Virus record (IMG/VR): IMGVR_UViG_3300047373_000289
Coordinates: 1-56,363 of that record
DNA from: a virus
Taxonomy: Duplodnaviria; Caudoviricetes
Strand: one strand, 5' to 3'
DNA: 56,363 nt
Below are positions 25,669 to 35,964 of the stretch, in pieces. The position numbers and the translations under genes are program-made. Numbering within the stretch: the first letter of the stretch is position 1; every line of letters starts with the position of its first letter. The notes beneath the pieces are model-generated. The model worked only from the letters and a program-made list of their open reading frames with translations, made no database searches and had not been told where the DNA came from.

Positions 25669-28600
25669 TGCCGATAGATAAATTAACCCCAAGACAACTA
25701 GACTCCGACGCCGATAACAAAACTATCAGCAAGGTCTCTATGCTTGATGCTTTGAATCTGTACTCAGGGCCAGACAACGACAGCCTAACCATTGTAGAGG
25801 GTAAGCTAACTAAGTCGGATGCAGGTAACGGAATACTTAAGAACATTAAGGGTAATGAAAAGGTAGAGGGATCGCTTCCCGCTGGTACGAGGGTTATAGG
25901 TGGTATTGAAGACAAGAAGACTCGTATAACATACTTATTTGTTTATCACTCAAATGCCAGCAATCAAGGTGTTTTTGCTTATGACAGCGAAGGTTTGTTG
26001 CCTGGGTCTAATGGACCAACCTTAAGGAAAATATACACAAGCTCTCAGTTTAACTTCCCTCAAAACGGGTTTGTAAAAGCGGATATTGTTTATAGCGCTG
26101 CTGTTAGAACGTTCGAAGAGCTCGGCGAGGACTTTGAGAAAGATGCTATCATTTACTTTACTGATGGGGTAAACGAACCTAGAAAGATAAACGCATATAG
26201 GGCTTTTGAGGTTGGCAGCTCTATACACGGTAACGATGAGTTTGCCGAGGCTGACTTCATTACGGCTTGCCCTAAAACGCAGTTAAAACCTATAACGTTT
26301 CAGTTTGATAATGACGAAACGAGGTCTGTAAGTAATTTCGAAAGAACCGATGGGTTTCAGTTTGCCTATCAAAACATATACGTAGATGGTATTGAAAGTG
26401 CTATATCTTCTTACTCTGATATTGCTTTCCCCCCAAGCGTAATAGACCAAGGTGCTAAAACATATGTTGATCACAGTGCGTACAACAGGTGTGTCTTAAC
26501 CCTTCCTGAGCAAGGACCAGAGATATCTCGTGTAAGGCTTTTGGGAAGGCAAGGGAATAGCGGTTCTTTTTTTATTATCGACGAGTTTTCTGCTGACACA
26601 CTACAGTACGACTTCTATAACGATAAGGTACTAAAAGGTGTTAGCACGGATGAAGTAAATAAGCAGTTCGATTCAGTCCCTAGGACCGCTAAATCCCAGT
26701 CTGTCTCATCTAACAGGCTTATGTACGGGAACTACCTAGATGGGTTTAATAAATCAGGCACTACGGCAACAGCTGAGGTGATTTATAAAGAAAAGCCAGA
26801 GGATTTTATTGGTTTTAATGTGGGGTACGTACCTTCTGTTTTTAACTCTATTGGCGAAGCCGTAGAAAGCCCAGTAGATGGCATTTCTTTCTTTCTAGAT
26901 TTTTCAGAAATGCCTGATTTTTTACCCGCAGAAACACAGGTCAACTTAAGCATTACACTTCGGCCAGATAAAAACTTTCATTACTATAAAGATGGAGGAA
27001 GCGGAATAAGCCAAACCGTTCAAAGGGGTCCTCAAGAGCCATCTAATAACCCCTCTGAAACGACATTTAGCGGAGTAAATTTTCAACAAGCTTTTGCTAG
27101 ACCTACTGGAGATGCTAGCTCTGGCGTTCAAACTGTCGAAGAGACAGACGGTAAAATCTGGGGAAATTATTATGAAAATGATATTACCAGTGCTAGTGGT
27201 GCTGCAATGGAATATTCTTTAGCTTCAAATTGGAAATTAATAGATAGACCCACCATAGAAGGCTCTTCTGAGATGTCTGGTATTCAGGCTGCGCGGTGCG
27301 GATCCTCAGCTGCTAACCCAGTAATAATAAAGGGAGGTCCTTTAACTTTTTTCGCTAAGATTAAAACAACAGGTGATGTTGACAACGCTAGATCGGCATT
27401 AAATCTAGCCGTGCGTGAAGCTATAACAAACACCAATCTAATAATTGGATCAGAATTAACAGACTCGGAAAACAACCCTTTAAACATGCAAGTGCTGGAG
27501 TCTTCTGCCGAGGCTTCACATAGTTTTAACTTACCTCTAAATAGTGGTGATCTTATTCCCCAGGCGGAAATAGGAAACACCCTTGGGGGGCAAACCCTAG
27601 AGTCTTACAATAAGCTTATATGTGCTGTATGGGGCAATAAAGGAACTATGTTTTCTGGTGTTCCTGTCGGTTATTTTATAATAAAAAAGGGAGATTTTAA
27701 GTTTAGGTTAAAACCAATTTCAGATGATAATTATTTTGATCGAGACCCTGGTGTTAATTCGCACTTTGAGCTATGCCTTACGGGTGAATCAGGAGTTGAG
27801 ACTATTACCTGTCTTCATGACACGGCAAACGACGAATTGGAAAGTACAGCCTTATCTTGGATCCTTATATCTAAAGACGATTTAACTGGTGATAATAACG
27901 GTTTTAATGTTATTGAAAACGGAATAGGTGCGTGGCTAGATGCGAACGGCATACAAGGTGTCAGTCTTTACAATAACCCCTTTGGGTCACCTAGTGAAGA
28001 TCGAGTACTTAAAGGTTACGGGTATCAAGTTGGTTATTTAGAGGTAGATGAGGATTTCGGTCTTTTAATGAAAAGCTTTGTTAACCCATCCACCACTGGA
28101 ACTGGTGGGGTCCCCTCTACCCTGCCTGATAATATAATTAACTTTTATTCTTTAATGGACGGAGAGGGAGGTCCAGGTGGCGGTAAAGCCAGAGGCGGAG
28201 CAGGCAACCAGAACAGGTACGATGTAGTCAATATGGACGCTCAAGGATCTGTAACTGTAAATCCTTATGTTAATTTTGATCACCCTAACTTAGCCGTGGG
28301 TGTCCCGTTCTATGATTACGCTCGAACTGTTTTTTACAGTGGTGAATTAATAGCACTGTCTCCAACTAGTGCGTCACAAGTTTTTAGCGGTTCGGATGAA
28401 CCCATACCAACAACCCTGCCTTTTTTACAGTTAACAAGTAATAACTCCTTTTATGAAAACGGTGTTTTAGTTTACGATTTTGAATTCAATTACTTACTGC
28501 CTGAGCCCATAGAGGGTGGGGGTGAGGGTGCTGAATTATCTTCAGAAAGCGTAAACTTCAACAGCGGTCAATCGGTCATAGAGGGGGAGTCACCTGTGAA

Positions 28601-31493
28601 TATATATTCAAACCAGCTGAATGGTGTCGAGTCTTTTAAAACAGAGGCAAATCACGACTTCGGTATTATATACTACGACGAAAGAGGAAGGCACGGATTT
28701 GTAGATCACTTAACATCAAAATTTGTAGAGGGGTACACCAACGAAGAGAGGGGGTCAGGCAAGGGTGCTGTTGAGGTTCATTTAACTTTAAATGGTACTC
28801 CTCCAGAATGGGCTCATAGCTATAAAATTGCTTATGCTAAAAACAGCACGGTTCAAGATTTTATACAGTACACTGCTGGTGGTGCTTTTGTGGGTGGTGA
28901 TTCAGCTAATAACGATGACACAGAGTTAAACAAAAACATATACGTTTCTTTAAACTACCTTCAGGGACACCCTGTGTCGTATGTTAGCTCTTTTGGAGCC
29001 AGAACACCTGAAGGGGGATTAAACCTCTACAAGCATCAAGAGGGTGACAAGCTAAAGGTTATATCTTTTTTTGAGGGAGGAGCAAGAGAGTACACTAACT
29101 ACGAATTTGATGTGGCTGACTTAGTTGACTTAGGTGGCAGCGACTCTAACAACCCTTTGGCTAACGAACCTCAAGAGAGTCAGCAAGGACAGTTTCTTGT
29201 GCTAAAAGACAACGAAAACGCCTCAGGATTCTCTTATGCCTCGGTTGATTCTAACACCCACAACTGGGGCAAAAACTGCGTTATTGAAATTAGAACTCCA
29301 AGAAAATCTGCTGAGATTGACGAGCAGGTCTATTACGAAGTAAGCGACCACTACAAGATTGTAAAGCAAGCTTCTGGTGAGCTAACTCACTCAGTGGGGG
29401 CTAGTGCTAGCGACCCGATTATTCTAACTAAGGGTGACGTCTGGTTTAGAAGGGTTGCAACTAACGTAAGAGATCAGGATTCAAACGGAATATTTATTGA
29501 TATTATTCCCGATGATGACGGAGCAGATCCTTCTCCTGAGTCAAACTTTAAGAGCGTTTACCTAGAAACAGAGTCCGCAACAGACCTGTTTAGATCTAAC
29601 TCTCACTCTTATGGTAGACCAAATGTGATATTTGAGGACGCTTCGGAGACGATCAGGGAAAACACTATCACATATTCAGACCCTAGCAACCCAGAGTCCA
29701 CTAAGTTAAGGTACTCATCCTTCAACTCTTCTCTGGCTAATTTTAAGGACCTCTCAGAGACTTTTGGGGGTATACAGTATATGGGTGACCACGGAGACTT
29801 TGTTGTCGTTATACAGCGAGACAACGTGTCTCTAGTTCCCGTAGGTAAAAACATATTGTCTGACGCATCTGGCAATCAACAGCTTATTGCTTCTAGGGAT
29901 ATACTCAATGAAGCTGTCGTTTATCCAGGAAGGTCTGGTTGCGACATAGACCCCTCTTCAGTGTTTGATTCTGGAACCGAGGTTTTCTTCGCAAACAAGA
30001 ATCTTGGTGAGGTATACAGGTGGAGTAAAAACACAGGGCCTCAGGTTATATCTGATATAGGGGTTTCCTCTGTTCTTAGGGCTATATTTAAAAAGGCTGT
30101 TGAGTTAAACTTGAATACAATATCCCCCAATGAATCAAGGATAGTTGGTGGATGGGATCCGTTTAAGAAAGAATACTTGCTTAGCGTTGTTGATGTTGAG
30201 TCTAAATCAACTATTGGCGTTGTGCTTGCAGATCAACCTAACGCTGATGTTATAGCTCCAGACGGTGCTGGGGGTGACGGAGATGACGGAGGAGACACTA
30301 ACGCGCCTTCAGGGTTGACTGTTTTCCCAACTGATATCGAGTTTGGAGAACTAGAAGTTAATAAGCCAGAAACAAGTGTTGTAAACATAGTAAATAACGA
30401 CCCTGACCCTATCAGCATAACAAGCATTACGTCAAGTAACCCAACTTACGATGTTGGTAGTTTGCCATTCCCTCTTATGTTGTTTGGTGCTGGTTCGGAT
30501 ACATCAAATGAATTTAACCTTACAGTTAATGCTTTAGCTTTAGAGGAAGGCGAACAAAACGGAACGCTAGAAATAAATACAGAAAACTTAGACCAGCCTA
30601 GAGTAACACTTTCTATAACGGGTAGCGCAGTAGTTGCTGAACCTCCAGCAGAAACCCTACACCCATTTACAGTAGCGTACAATGAATACAACAACACATC
30701 TTTAAAGGACGAAGACATGAGCGTAGATTTAGCCATAGAGTACATAACTAGCAGGACGGTTGACACCGAGCCTGTAGAAAACCACCTAACCCCACAACAC
30801 ATAAGGGACTTAATTGACATTGGGAAGGATGGTCATATGTTGTATTTTAAGTCAGATATTACTGGCGATGGAGTAGTTGGCGCCGCAGATCTTTTAGATT
30901 TTCTTTCTGTGTTTAACAGTTTTAACGTACTCGGAGGACCTATGGATCCAAACGTATCTGTTTTGGGCGACGCAGTTGCAATTCCGAGCCCACAAGCCAA
31001 GTCAAGATCAAATCAACCCAAACCGAAGCCCACCACAGAATTCAAAAGTGTTGATGACGCAATAACCTACCTTATAGCTCAAGGAGCCATGACGGTTGGA
31101 GAGTACTTGCAACTAAGAAGCTTTTTACGTCAAGACGTTGCGCTAAACCTGAATGAATCTGGCAATGTTTCAGCTTTTGATCTCATGGAATTCCTTCAAG
31201 TATTTGGAATGGTAACTGAAAACAGTGAACCTGCATTTTTACCTAGCAATCAAGGGGGGCTTCCCATTGGCGTCAGCGCTCAAGAAACAATAAACTGGTT
31301 GATTGATGACGGAACCATGACTATAGGGCAGTATTTTAATTTAGCTCAGTACGTAAGAGTGGAATGCAAAGCAGACTCTGATCAGAATAATTCACTTAGT
31401 ACTAATGACCTACTAAACTTTATTTCTGTCTTTGGTGGCCCTCAGTATGGTGAGGAAGGTTACGGACCAGAAGACCCAGCATTCCAATTTTAA
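25668..31493 (+). CDS. tail muzzle/stabilisation protein, N-terminal part, with Ig-like and three dockerin-like repeats appended
   Basis: DALN, YFTDGVNEPRKIN, NRLMYGNY, FGIIYYDERGR, GGWDPFKKEY; then an ASH-like Ig domain and three Ca-loop repeats. Confidence 0.85.
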   Translation: MPIDKLTPRQLDSDADNKTISKVSMLDALNLYSGPDNDSLTIVEGKLTKSDAGNGILKNIKGNEKVEGSLPAGTRVIGGIEDKKTRITYLFVYHSNASNQGVFAYDSEGLLPGSNGPTLRKIYTSSQFNFPQNGFVKADIVYSAAVRTFEELGEDFEKDAIIYFTDGVNEPRKINAYRAFEVGSSIHGNDEFAEADFITACPKTQLKPITFQFDNDETRSVSNFERTDGFQFAYQNIYVDGIESAISSYSDIAFPPSVIDQGAKTYVDHSAYNRCVLTLPEQGPEISRVRLLGRQGNSGSFFIIDEFSADTLQYDFYNDKVLKGVSTDEVNKQFDSVPRTAKSQSVSSNRLMYGNYLDGFNKSGTTATAEVIYKEKPEDFIGFNVGYVPSVFNSIGEAVESPVDGISFFLDFSEMPDFLPAETQVNLSITLRPDKNFHYYKDGGSGISQTVQRGPQEPSNNPSETTFSGVNFQQAFARPTGDASSGVQTVEETDGKIWGNYYENDITSASGAAMEYSLASNWKLIDRPTIEGSSEMSGIQAARCGSSAANPVIIKGGPLTFFAKIKTTGDVDNARSALNLAVREAITNTNLIIGSELTDSENNPLNMQVLESSAEASHSFNLPLNSGDLIPQAEIGNTLGGQTLESYNKLICAVWGNKGTMFSGVPVGYFIIKKGDFKFRLKPISDDNYFDRDPGVNSHFELCLTGESGVETITCLHDTANDELESTALSWILISKDDLTGDNNGFNVIENGIGAWLDANGIQGVSLYNNPFGSPSEDRVLKGYGYQVGYLEVDEDFGLLMKSFVNPSTTGTGGVPSTLPDNIINFYSLMDGEGGPGGGKARGGAGNQNRYDVVNMDAQGSVTVNPYVNFDHPNLAVGVPFYDYARTVFYSGELIALSPTSASQVFSGSDEPIPTTLPFLQLTSNNSFYENGVLVYDFEFNYLLPEPIEGGGEGAELSSESVNFNSGQSVIEGESPVNIYSNQLNGVESFKTEANHDFGIIYYDERGRHGFVDHLTSKFVEGYTNEERGSGKGAVEVHLTLNGTPPEWAHSYKIAYAKNSTVQDFIQYTAGGAFVGGDSANNDDTELNKNIYVSLNYLQGHPVSYVSSFGARTPEGGLNLYKHQEGDKLKVISFFEGGAREYTNYEFDVADLVDLGGSDSNNPLANEPQESQQGQFLVLKDNENASGFSYASVDSNTHNWGKNCVIEIRTPRKSAEIDEQVYYEVSDHYKIVKQASGELTHSVGASASDPIILTKGDVWFRRVATNVRDQDSNGIFIDIIPDDDGADPSPESNFKSVYLETESATDLFRSNSHSYGRPNVIFEDASETIRENTITYSDPSNPESTKLRYSSFNSSLANFKDLSETFGGIQYMGDHGDFVVVIQRDNVSLVPVGKNILSDASGNQQLIASRDILNEAVVYPGRSGCDIDPSSVFDSGTEVFFANKNLGEVYRWSKNTGPQVISDIGVSSVLRAIFKKAVELNLNTISPNESRIVGGWDPFKKEYLLSVVDVESKSTIGVVLADQPNADVIAPDGAGGDGDDGGDTNAPSGLTVFPTDIEFGELEVNKPETSVVNIVNNDPDPISITSITSSNPTYDVGSLPFPLMLFGAGSDTSNEFNLTVNALALEEGEQNGTLEINTENLDQPRVTLSITGSAVVAEPPAETLHPFTVAYNEYNNTSLKDEDMSVDLAIEYITSRTVDTEPVENHLTPQHIRDLIDIGKDGHMLYFKSDITGDGVVGAADLLDFLSVFNSFNVLGGPMDPNVSVLGDAVAIPSPQAKSRSNQPKPKPTTEFKSVDDAITYLIAQGAMTVGEYLQLRSFLRQDVALNLNESGNVSAFDLMEFLQVFGMVTENSEPAFLPSNQGGLPIGVSAQETINWLIDDGTMTIGQYFNLAQYVRVECKADSDQNNSLSTNDLLNFISVFGGPQYGEEGYGPEDPAFQF
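30717..31490 (+). repeat. three repeats of helical segment plus dockerin/EF-hand loop
   Basis: SVDLAIEYI...DITGDGVVGAADLLDFLSVF; SVDDAITYL...NLNESGNVSAFDLMEFLQVFG; SAQETINWL...DSDQNNSLSTNDLLNFISVFG. Confidence 0.8.
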
Positions 31494-31498
31494 GGTAT

Positions 31499-32497
31499 AT
31501 GGCTCAGATAAACATAAACGAAAAGACGTTTGCTTTCTCTACGAGGTCCGACACCTGGACCTCCAGATACAGCTTTGACCCAACGTGTTACATGACTTCT
31601 GGGAATAAAATGCTGTCATCTAAAGACGGTTCAGGCGTGTGGCTTCACGATCAGCTATCTACTAGGAATTCATTCTATGGCAATCCAGCCGCTAAGTCTT
31701 CTATTACGGTTTCCGCTAATCAAGATCCTTCTGCGATTAAGATGTATAAGTCTCTTTCGTTAGAGACAAATACAAAGAATTGGGCGGCAGAGGTTTGCAC
31801 GAACGTAGAGTACGAGGGTAAAGAAAAACAAAAAGGAAGCATAACTTCTTTTGAAAAGAAAGAAGGTTTCCAGTACGCTGAGATGCCAAGGGATGTGCTA
31901 AACTCAACGAGAAACATAGTTGGCAAGCCATTTACCGTTTCTAGCCTTACGGAAGAATATGGCTTTGGGGATGCTTTCGCAATTAGTGGTGATTTTAACA
32001 ATGAGCTACAAGAGGATGGTGTTGGGCTTCCAGACGTAGGGGTTACTTTATTTCCCGTAATTGCTGAAGAGGGTTTTATTCCCGAAGACTACGCGTATAG
32101 TAAAACGCTTAATGTTAGTCTTTACAACGTACAAAACGGATCATTGTTAGAGCTATTTGACGTTCCTCAATCGGTGAACAATCCGCAGTACAATGCCGAT
32201 CCTCTTTCTCTTTATGTTTTGGGATATAAAAATTATGAAGGAAAAGTGCTTTTGATGCTGGCGTATTATTCTATCGCAGAAACGTTCCAGAACAATATAT
32301 TTTTTGATGAAATCTCCCCTTTATACAACAGCCAGCTTGTGTTTGTAGTAAACCCAGAGATTGACGGTGATCAACTGCGAGGCCCTTACGTCAATGTAGA
32401 GATATCCACGCAAACGGATAAGCATGCGGAAATCCACGCAATTAACGTAGATTACGAATTCTCTAAGCTTGACAAGCGTTTAACTCAAAATACTTAA
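31499..32497 (+). CDS. tail muzzle/stabilisation protein, C-terminal part
   Basis: TFAFS....WTSRYSF.P...RNSFYG...PSAIKMYKSLSLE...FEKKEG..YA...LRGPY, motifs usually at the C-terminus of the muzzle. Confidence 0.75.
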   Translation: MAQININEKTFAFSTRSDTWTSRYSFDPTCYMTSGNKMLSSKDGSGVWLHDQLSTRNSFYGNPAAKSSITVSANQDPSAIKMYKSLSLETNTKNWAAEVCTNVEYEGKEKQKGSITSFEKKEGFQYAEMPRDVLNSTRNIVGKPFTVSSLTEEYGFGDAFAISGDFNNELQEDGVGLPDVGVTLFPVIAEEGFIPEDYAYSKTLNVSLYNVQNGSLLELFDVPQSVNNPQYNADPLSLYVLGYKNYEGKVLLMLAYYSIAETFQNNIFFDEISPLYNSQLVFVVNPEIDGDQLRGPYVNVEISTQTDKHAEIHAINVDYEFSKLDKRLTQNT

Positions 32498-32502
32498 ATT
32501 TG
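32495..32502 (+). promoter_or_regulatory. -7 promoter element TAAATTTG for the cargo operon
   Basis: Overlaps the upstream TAA stop, 6 nt before the ATG at 32509. Confidence 0.6.
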
Positions 32503-32508
32503 TAGATC

Positions 32509-33774
32509 ATGGGTAAAGTAAAAAAATATCAGCAAGGCGGATACAACCCGTTTACTGGAATAGACACATCAGGAGCTACAGGTGGATTTAATGAGTTTGG
32601 TCAGGGGATTGCATCCATGATTCCTGGAGGCGGAGCCATTGCTGGTCTAGGTCAGGTAGCTGGAGGTATAGCTGATGTCGTTGGTTCTAAAAAAGAGATA
32701 GAGCGTCAGCGCAGAAAAAGACAAGGGGCTAAAGGAAGGCGCCAAGAAGCACGAGGAGCTCTAGACAGCTTTGAGTTTGATGTTTCTCAAGCACAACGAG
32801 ACTTAGCTACAGCTGGCATTCGACCAACAGACTTGTCACCCATGCAAGGCGTTCAAGCCACAGAGCTAGCCGCTTTATCTTCAGACCCAAGGGCTTTGAT
32901 GGGGGGTATTGGCGCTTCTACAGCGAGAGCAAATCAAGCTATCCAGGCTACACAACAAGCTGACTTGAGCAGAGAGCTTAAGGCTATGGGTAATCTAGCT
33001 AACCTTGAGCAACGTGCTCTTCAGCAAAAGCAGGGCTTGCAACTTGGTCTTTTGCAGTCAGATAGAGATATGGCTATTGCTGATCAGATGCAAGCAGGTA
33101 AAAACATAGAGGCTGCTAGGGCTCAAAGGCGTGAAGGCGTTGGAAACATCGTTGGTGGTTTAGCTAATGTAGGGATGGCGTTCGCTGGGATCCCTGGGGG
33201 CTCTGCTGTTGGTAATGCCATAGCTGGTAATAATTCAGCAGAAAAAGCATTGGCTAGCTCCGCTGGCGGATCTACTTCGAACTTACTTGGTATGCTTAAC
33301 TCTCAAGGAGGGGGGCTATCTAATTTTGTTGATTATTCAGACCCGTTGGCTCTTGGGGCTACTAGAGTTCAGAGCTCTTTTTTGCCCCCAGGAACAAACT
33401 TACTTCCTCAGGTAGAGGTTGATCAGTATAATAAAGAAGGCGGTAGAATTAAATATCAAGAAGGCGGTAAGATGAATAAAGATGTTATGATGCGTATCCT
33501 TGAGGAACAGCGTCCAGTACAGAAGACAGAGGGTGAGTTCAACCACGACACCAATAAGAAGGCTATCGTGGATGAAGAGACAGGGGTGAAGGAAGGCGAG
33601 GCTACAGGAGGCGAGTATATACTCAACCCAGAGCAGGGAGAGGCAATCAAAGTGCAGTACGACGAGATAGCTAGAATGATAGAAGAAGGAGGTGAACCTT
33701 CGTTAGAAGAGTTGCAGAACCTATACGATGCTGTTCACGAGGTGTTTAGTCAACCACAATTTAACGAAGCGTAA
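32509..33774 (+). CDS. internal virion (ejected cargo) protein 1
   Basis: G/A/Q-rich helical protein with glycine-rich hydrophobic segments; GEFNHDTN...GEATGGEYILNP. Confidence 0.7.
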   Translation: MGKVKKYQQGGYNPFTGIDTSGATGGFNEFGQGIASMIPGGGAIAGLGQVAGGIADVVGSKKEIERQRRKRQGAKGRRQEARGALDSFEFDVSQAQRDLATAGIRPTDLSPMQGVQATELAALSSDPRALMGGIGASTARANQAIQATQQADLSRELKAMGNLANLEQRALQQKQGLQLGLLQSDRDMAIADQMQAGKNIEAARAQRREGVGNIVGGLANVGMAFAGIPGGSAVGNAIAGNNSAEKALASSAGGSTSNLLGMLNSQGGGLSNFVDYSDPLALGATRVQSSFLPPGTNLLPQVEVDQYNKEGGRIKYQEGGKMNKDVMMRILEEQRPVQKTEGEFNHDTNKKAIVDEETGVKEGEATGGEYILNPEQGEAIKVQYDEIARMIEEGGEPSLEELQNLYDAVHEVFSQPQFNEA

Positions 33775-35960
33775 TGGCAGTAGCTCCCACACAACAAGGG
33801 GAAAAAAGCTACTCTGACATGGTGAATGAGCAAATAGGTCTCATTCAGCGTCAAAGAGCAGCAAACCTAAATCAAAGGTTAGCCCAGGAGGAAAAGAATC
33901 GGGAGTTTAGAACTAAGCAGTACCAGAACATCTACGACTTCGATGTATCTGGATTGGCTGGAGGGGATGTAGAACTTCTTGGTAAGCTTCAAAAGCAACT
34001 GGCATCTGGATTAAATCCAGACTCAGACCAATCTTACTCAAACTCTCAGGAGCTTGTGGCTGATATAGCCTATATAAACAACGTGTATAACGAAATGAAG
34101 CGTTGGGGAGAGACAGGAATGTCAGGGCGACAGTCTTATCAACAAGGAATTTTACAACCAGACAGAGGCGACGGAACCGTATTCGTTGGAACTGAAGATA
34201 CTTTGTCTGCTAGAAATGCAGCGTGGGAGCAGGGGGCTTTTGCTAATGCTCAAATACTTGGAGGGCCAGGACAGCGACAGATTATAGGGGATATGCTTGA
34301 TCAGGACGGAAACGTAATGAAGCAAGGAATAGACTTCTTTCAAAACGAATGGAGGTCTAGACCCGATATGTTTTGGAGGCCAGAGATTGGAGAAGGTGCT
34401 AAGCTGTTGGATGGCGTTGCTCTCGACTTCTCTAGCAGAAAAGGCGTTGATTCTAGCAACGTGCAAAAGGTAGCTGCCGAGCTGTTTGATTCAGACCCAG
34501 CAACTATAAACAGAATAAGAAGAGAAAGCTTAAGGCAAATAAACCAAGAGAGAGCTGATATTGGCTATGAGCCAATAAGCATGGACGCTGCTGAGTCTAC
34601 GTTTGACAGCCTTGGGTTGGGAGTTAATGAATTAAGACAGCAGTACGTTGATCGAGCTGTAGAGGGGATTGGGTTAAGACCCAAAGCAGCAGGACCTCAG
34701 ACGTTCAGCGGAACTGTATATGACACTCAGTCTGGAGCTAGAGCTATTGGATTGACAAAGCCGATTGAGGTAGTTTCTTCTACGCTTAGCGGCGACGTAA
34801 GTCACATTGCATTGCTTGATGACGAAATGGTTGTTGTCTATGAAGACGCTGATGGGGAACGCCAAGAGCAAGCTGTAAGAGAGGGCAGCGACGCATGGGA
34901 CAGCATAGTAGCTCAGTCTGGAGGGTTAGATGCTTTGGCTAAGATGGTCACAAATAAAAACACTGTGTCTGACAATCAACCACAAGGACAAGGCTCTCCT
35001 TCGGGTGAGGGTGCTACTTCGGGTGAAGATGGAAAAACCGCAGAAGAGAAAATAAACGAGCTAGACAAGCAAATAACGGATGATACGGCACGACTAAATG
35101 AGCTTGAGTCTCAACCTAGAAAAAACAATCAAGCACTCAGGGAGATTGAAAGCCTAAAGCAAAAGCTGAAGAAGGCCGAGGACGAGAAGTCCATTTTAAA
35201 TGAAATGGATCCCGTTGACGCAGAGATTAATGAGTTACAAAGAGAAATCGCCAGCCTCGAAAGGCAACCTGAAGAAAATAGATCTGGATTTACTAAATCA
35301 AGAATCAATCAGTTAAAAGAAGAGGTTATTCAGCTTACCGAAAGCAAGCCTGAACCTGAGCCTGTCAACCCTGAACCCTCTTTTAAAACAGAAAAAGGTG
35401 AAACTTATACCGCTGATCAGCTTGAACCCAACTTAGAGGACTGGGAAAAAAGTCTTAGAGCTGGAGACAAAGGTGTTAAGTCTGGGGTTGCCGTTATAGC
35501 TAAAAACTTTGGTAACCTTAGACCAAATCCAGCTAACCCTTATCGATCTGGCGTCTATGAGGTTTCTTCCGATAATAAATATCAGAACTTTTCTAGCTAC
35601 GAAGATGGGCTGAAGGGATTGATTTGGGATATAAAATCCAAGCAACACAAAGATGGCCTTAGCAGTAATGTTGTCTCTAAGGGGGATTCAATAATGCAGG
35701 CAATAAAAGAATACGCTCCCGCAGCAGACAAAAATAATCCAGAGTCTTACGCTAAGTTTGTGGTTGATTTTGTTAACGAACAAACAGGGGGTAGCTTTAC
35801 CGTTGATAGTAAGGCGTCTGAACTGCCCACTCAATTTTTAGTCGAGGCAATCATCATGAAGGAAGACATAAGCCTTTATAATGAGATGAAAGACAGAGGG
35901 TTTTTTGGAAACAAAATAGCTGGATACAGTCAAGGGATAAGTAAAAACAACTTAGTTTAA
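33774..35960 (+). CDS. internal virion protein 2 with a C-terminal lysozyme-like domain
   Basis: NFGNLR...FSSYEDGLKGL...SIMQAIKEYAP...NNPESYAKFV, resembling the NNPGNIR/RWAP virion lysozyme-like family. Confidence 0.7.
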   Translation: MAVAPTQQGEKSYSDMVNEQIGLIQRQRAANLNQRLAQEEKNREFRTKQYQNIYDFDVSGLAGGDVELLGKLQKQLASGLNPDSDQSYSNSQELVADIAYINNVYNEMKRWGETGMSGRQSYQQGILQPDRGDGTVFVGTEDTLSARNAAWEQGAFANAQILGGPGQRQIIGDMLDQDGNVMKQGIDFFQNEWRSRPDMFWRPEIGEGAKLLDGVALDFSSRKGVDSSNVQKVAAELFDSDPATINRIRRESLRQINQERADIGYEPISMDAAESTFDSLGLGVNELRQQYVDRAVEGIGLRPKAAGPQTFSGTVYDTQSGARAIGLTKPIEVVSSTLSGDVSHIALLDDEMVVVYEDADGERQEQAVREGSDAWDSIVAQSGGLDALAKMVTNKNTVSDNQPQGQGSPSGEGATSGEDGKTAEEKINELDKQITDDTARLNELESQPRKNNQALREIESLKQKLKKAEDEKSILNEMDPVDAEINELQREIASLERQPEENRSGFTKSRINQLKEEVIQLTESKPEPEPVNPEPSFKTEKGETYTADQLEPNLEDWEKSLRAGDKGVKSGVAVIAKNFGNLRPNPANPYRSGVYEVSSDNKYQNFSSYEDGLKGLIWDIKSKQHKDGLSSNVVSKGDSIMQAIKEYAPAADKNNPESYAKFVVDFVNEQTGGSFTVDSKASELPTQFLVEAIIMKEDISLYNEMKDRGFFGNKIAGYSQGISKNNLV

Positions 35961-35964
35961 ATTC

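Noticed and set aside
31480-31500. Programmed -1 frameshift rejoining the two muzzle ORFs
   Set aside because: The -1 frame is open, but CAA TTT TAA is not a canonical slippery heptamer and the downstream ORF has its own ATG.
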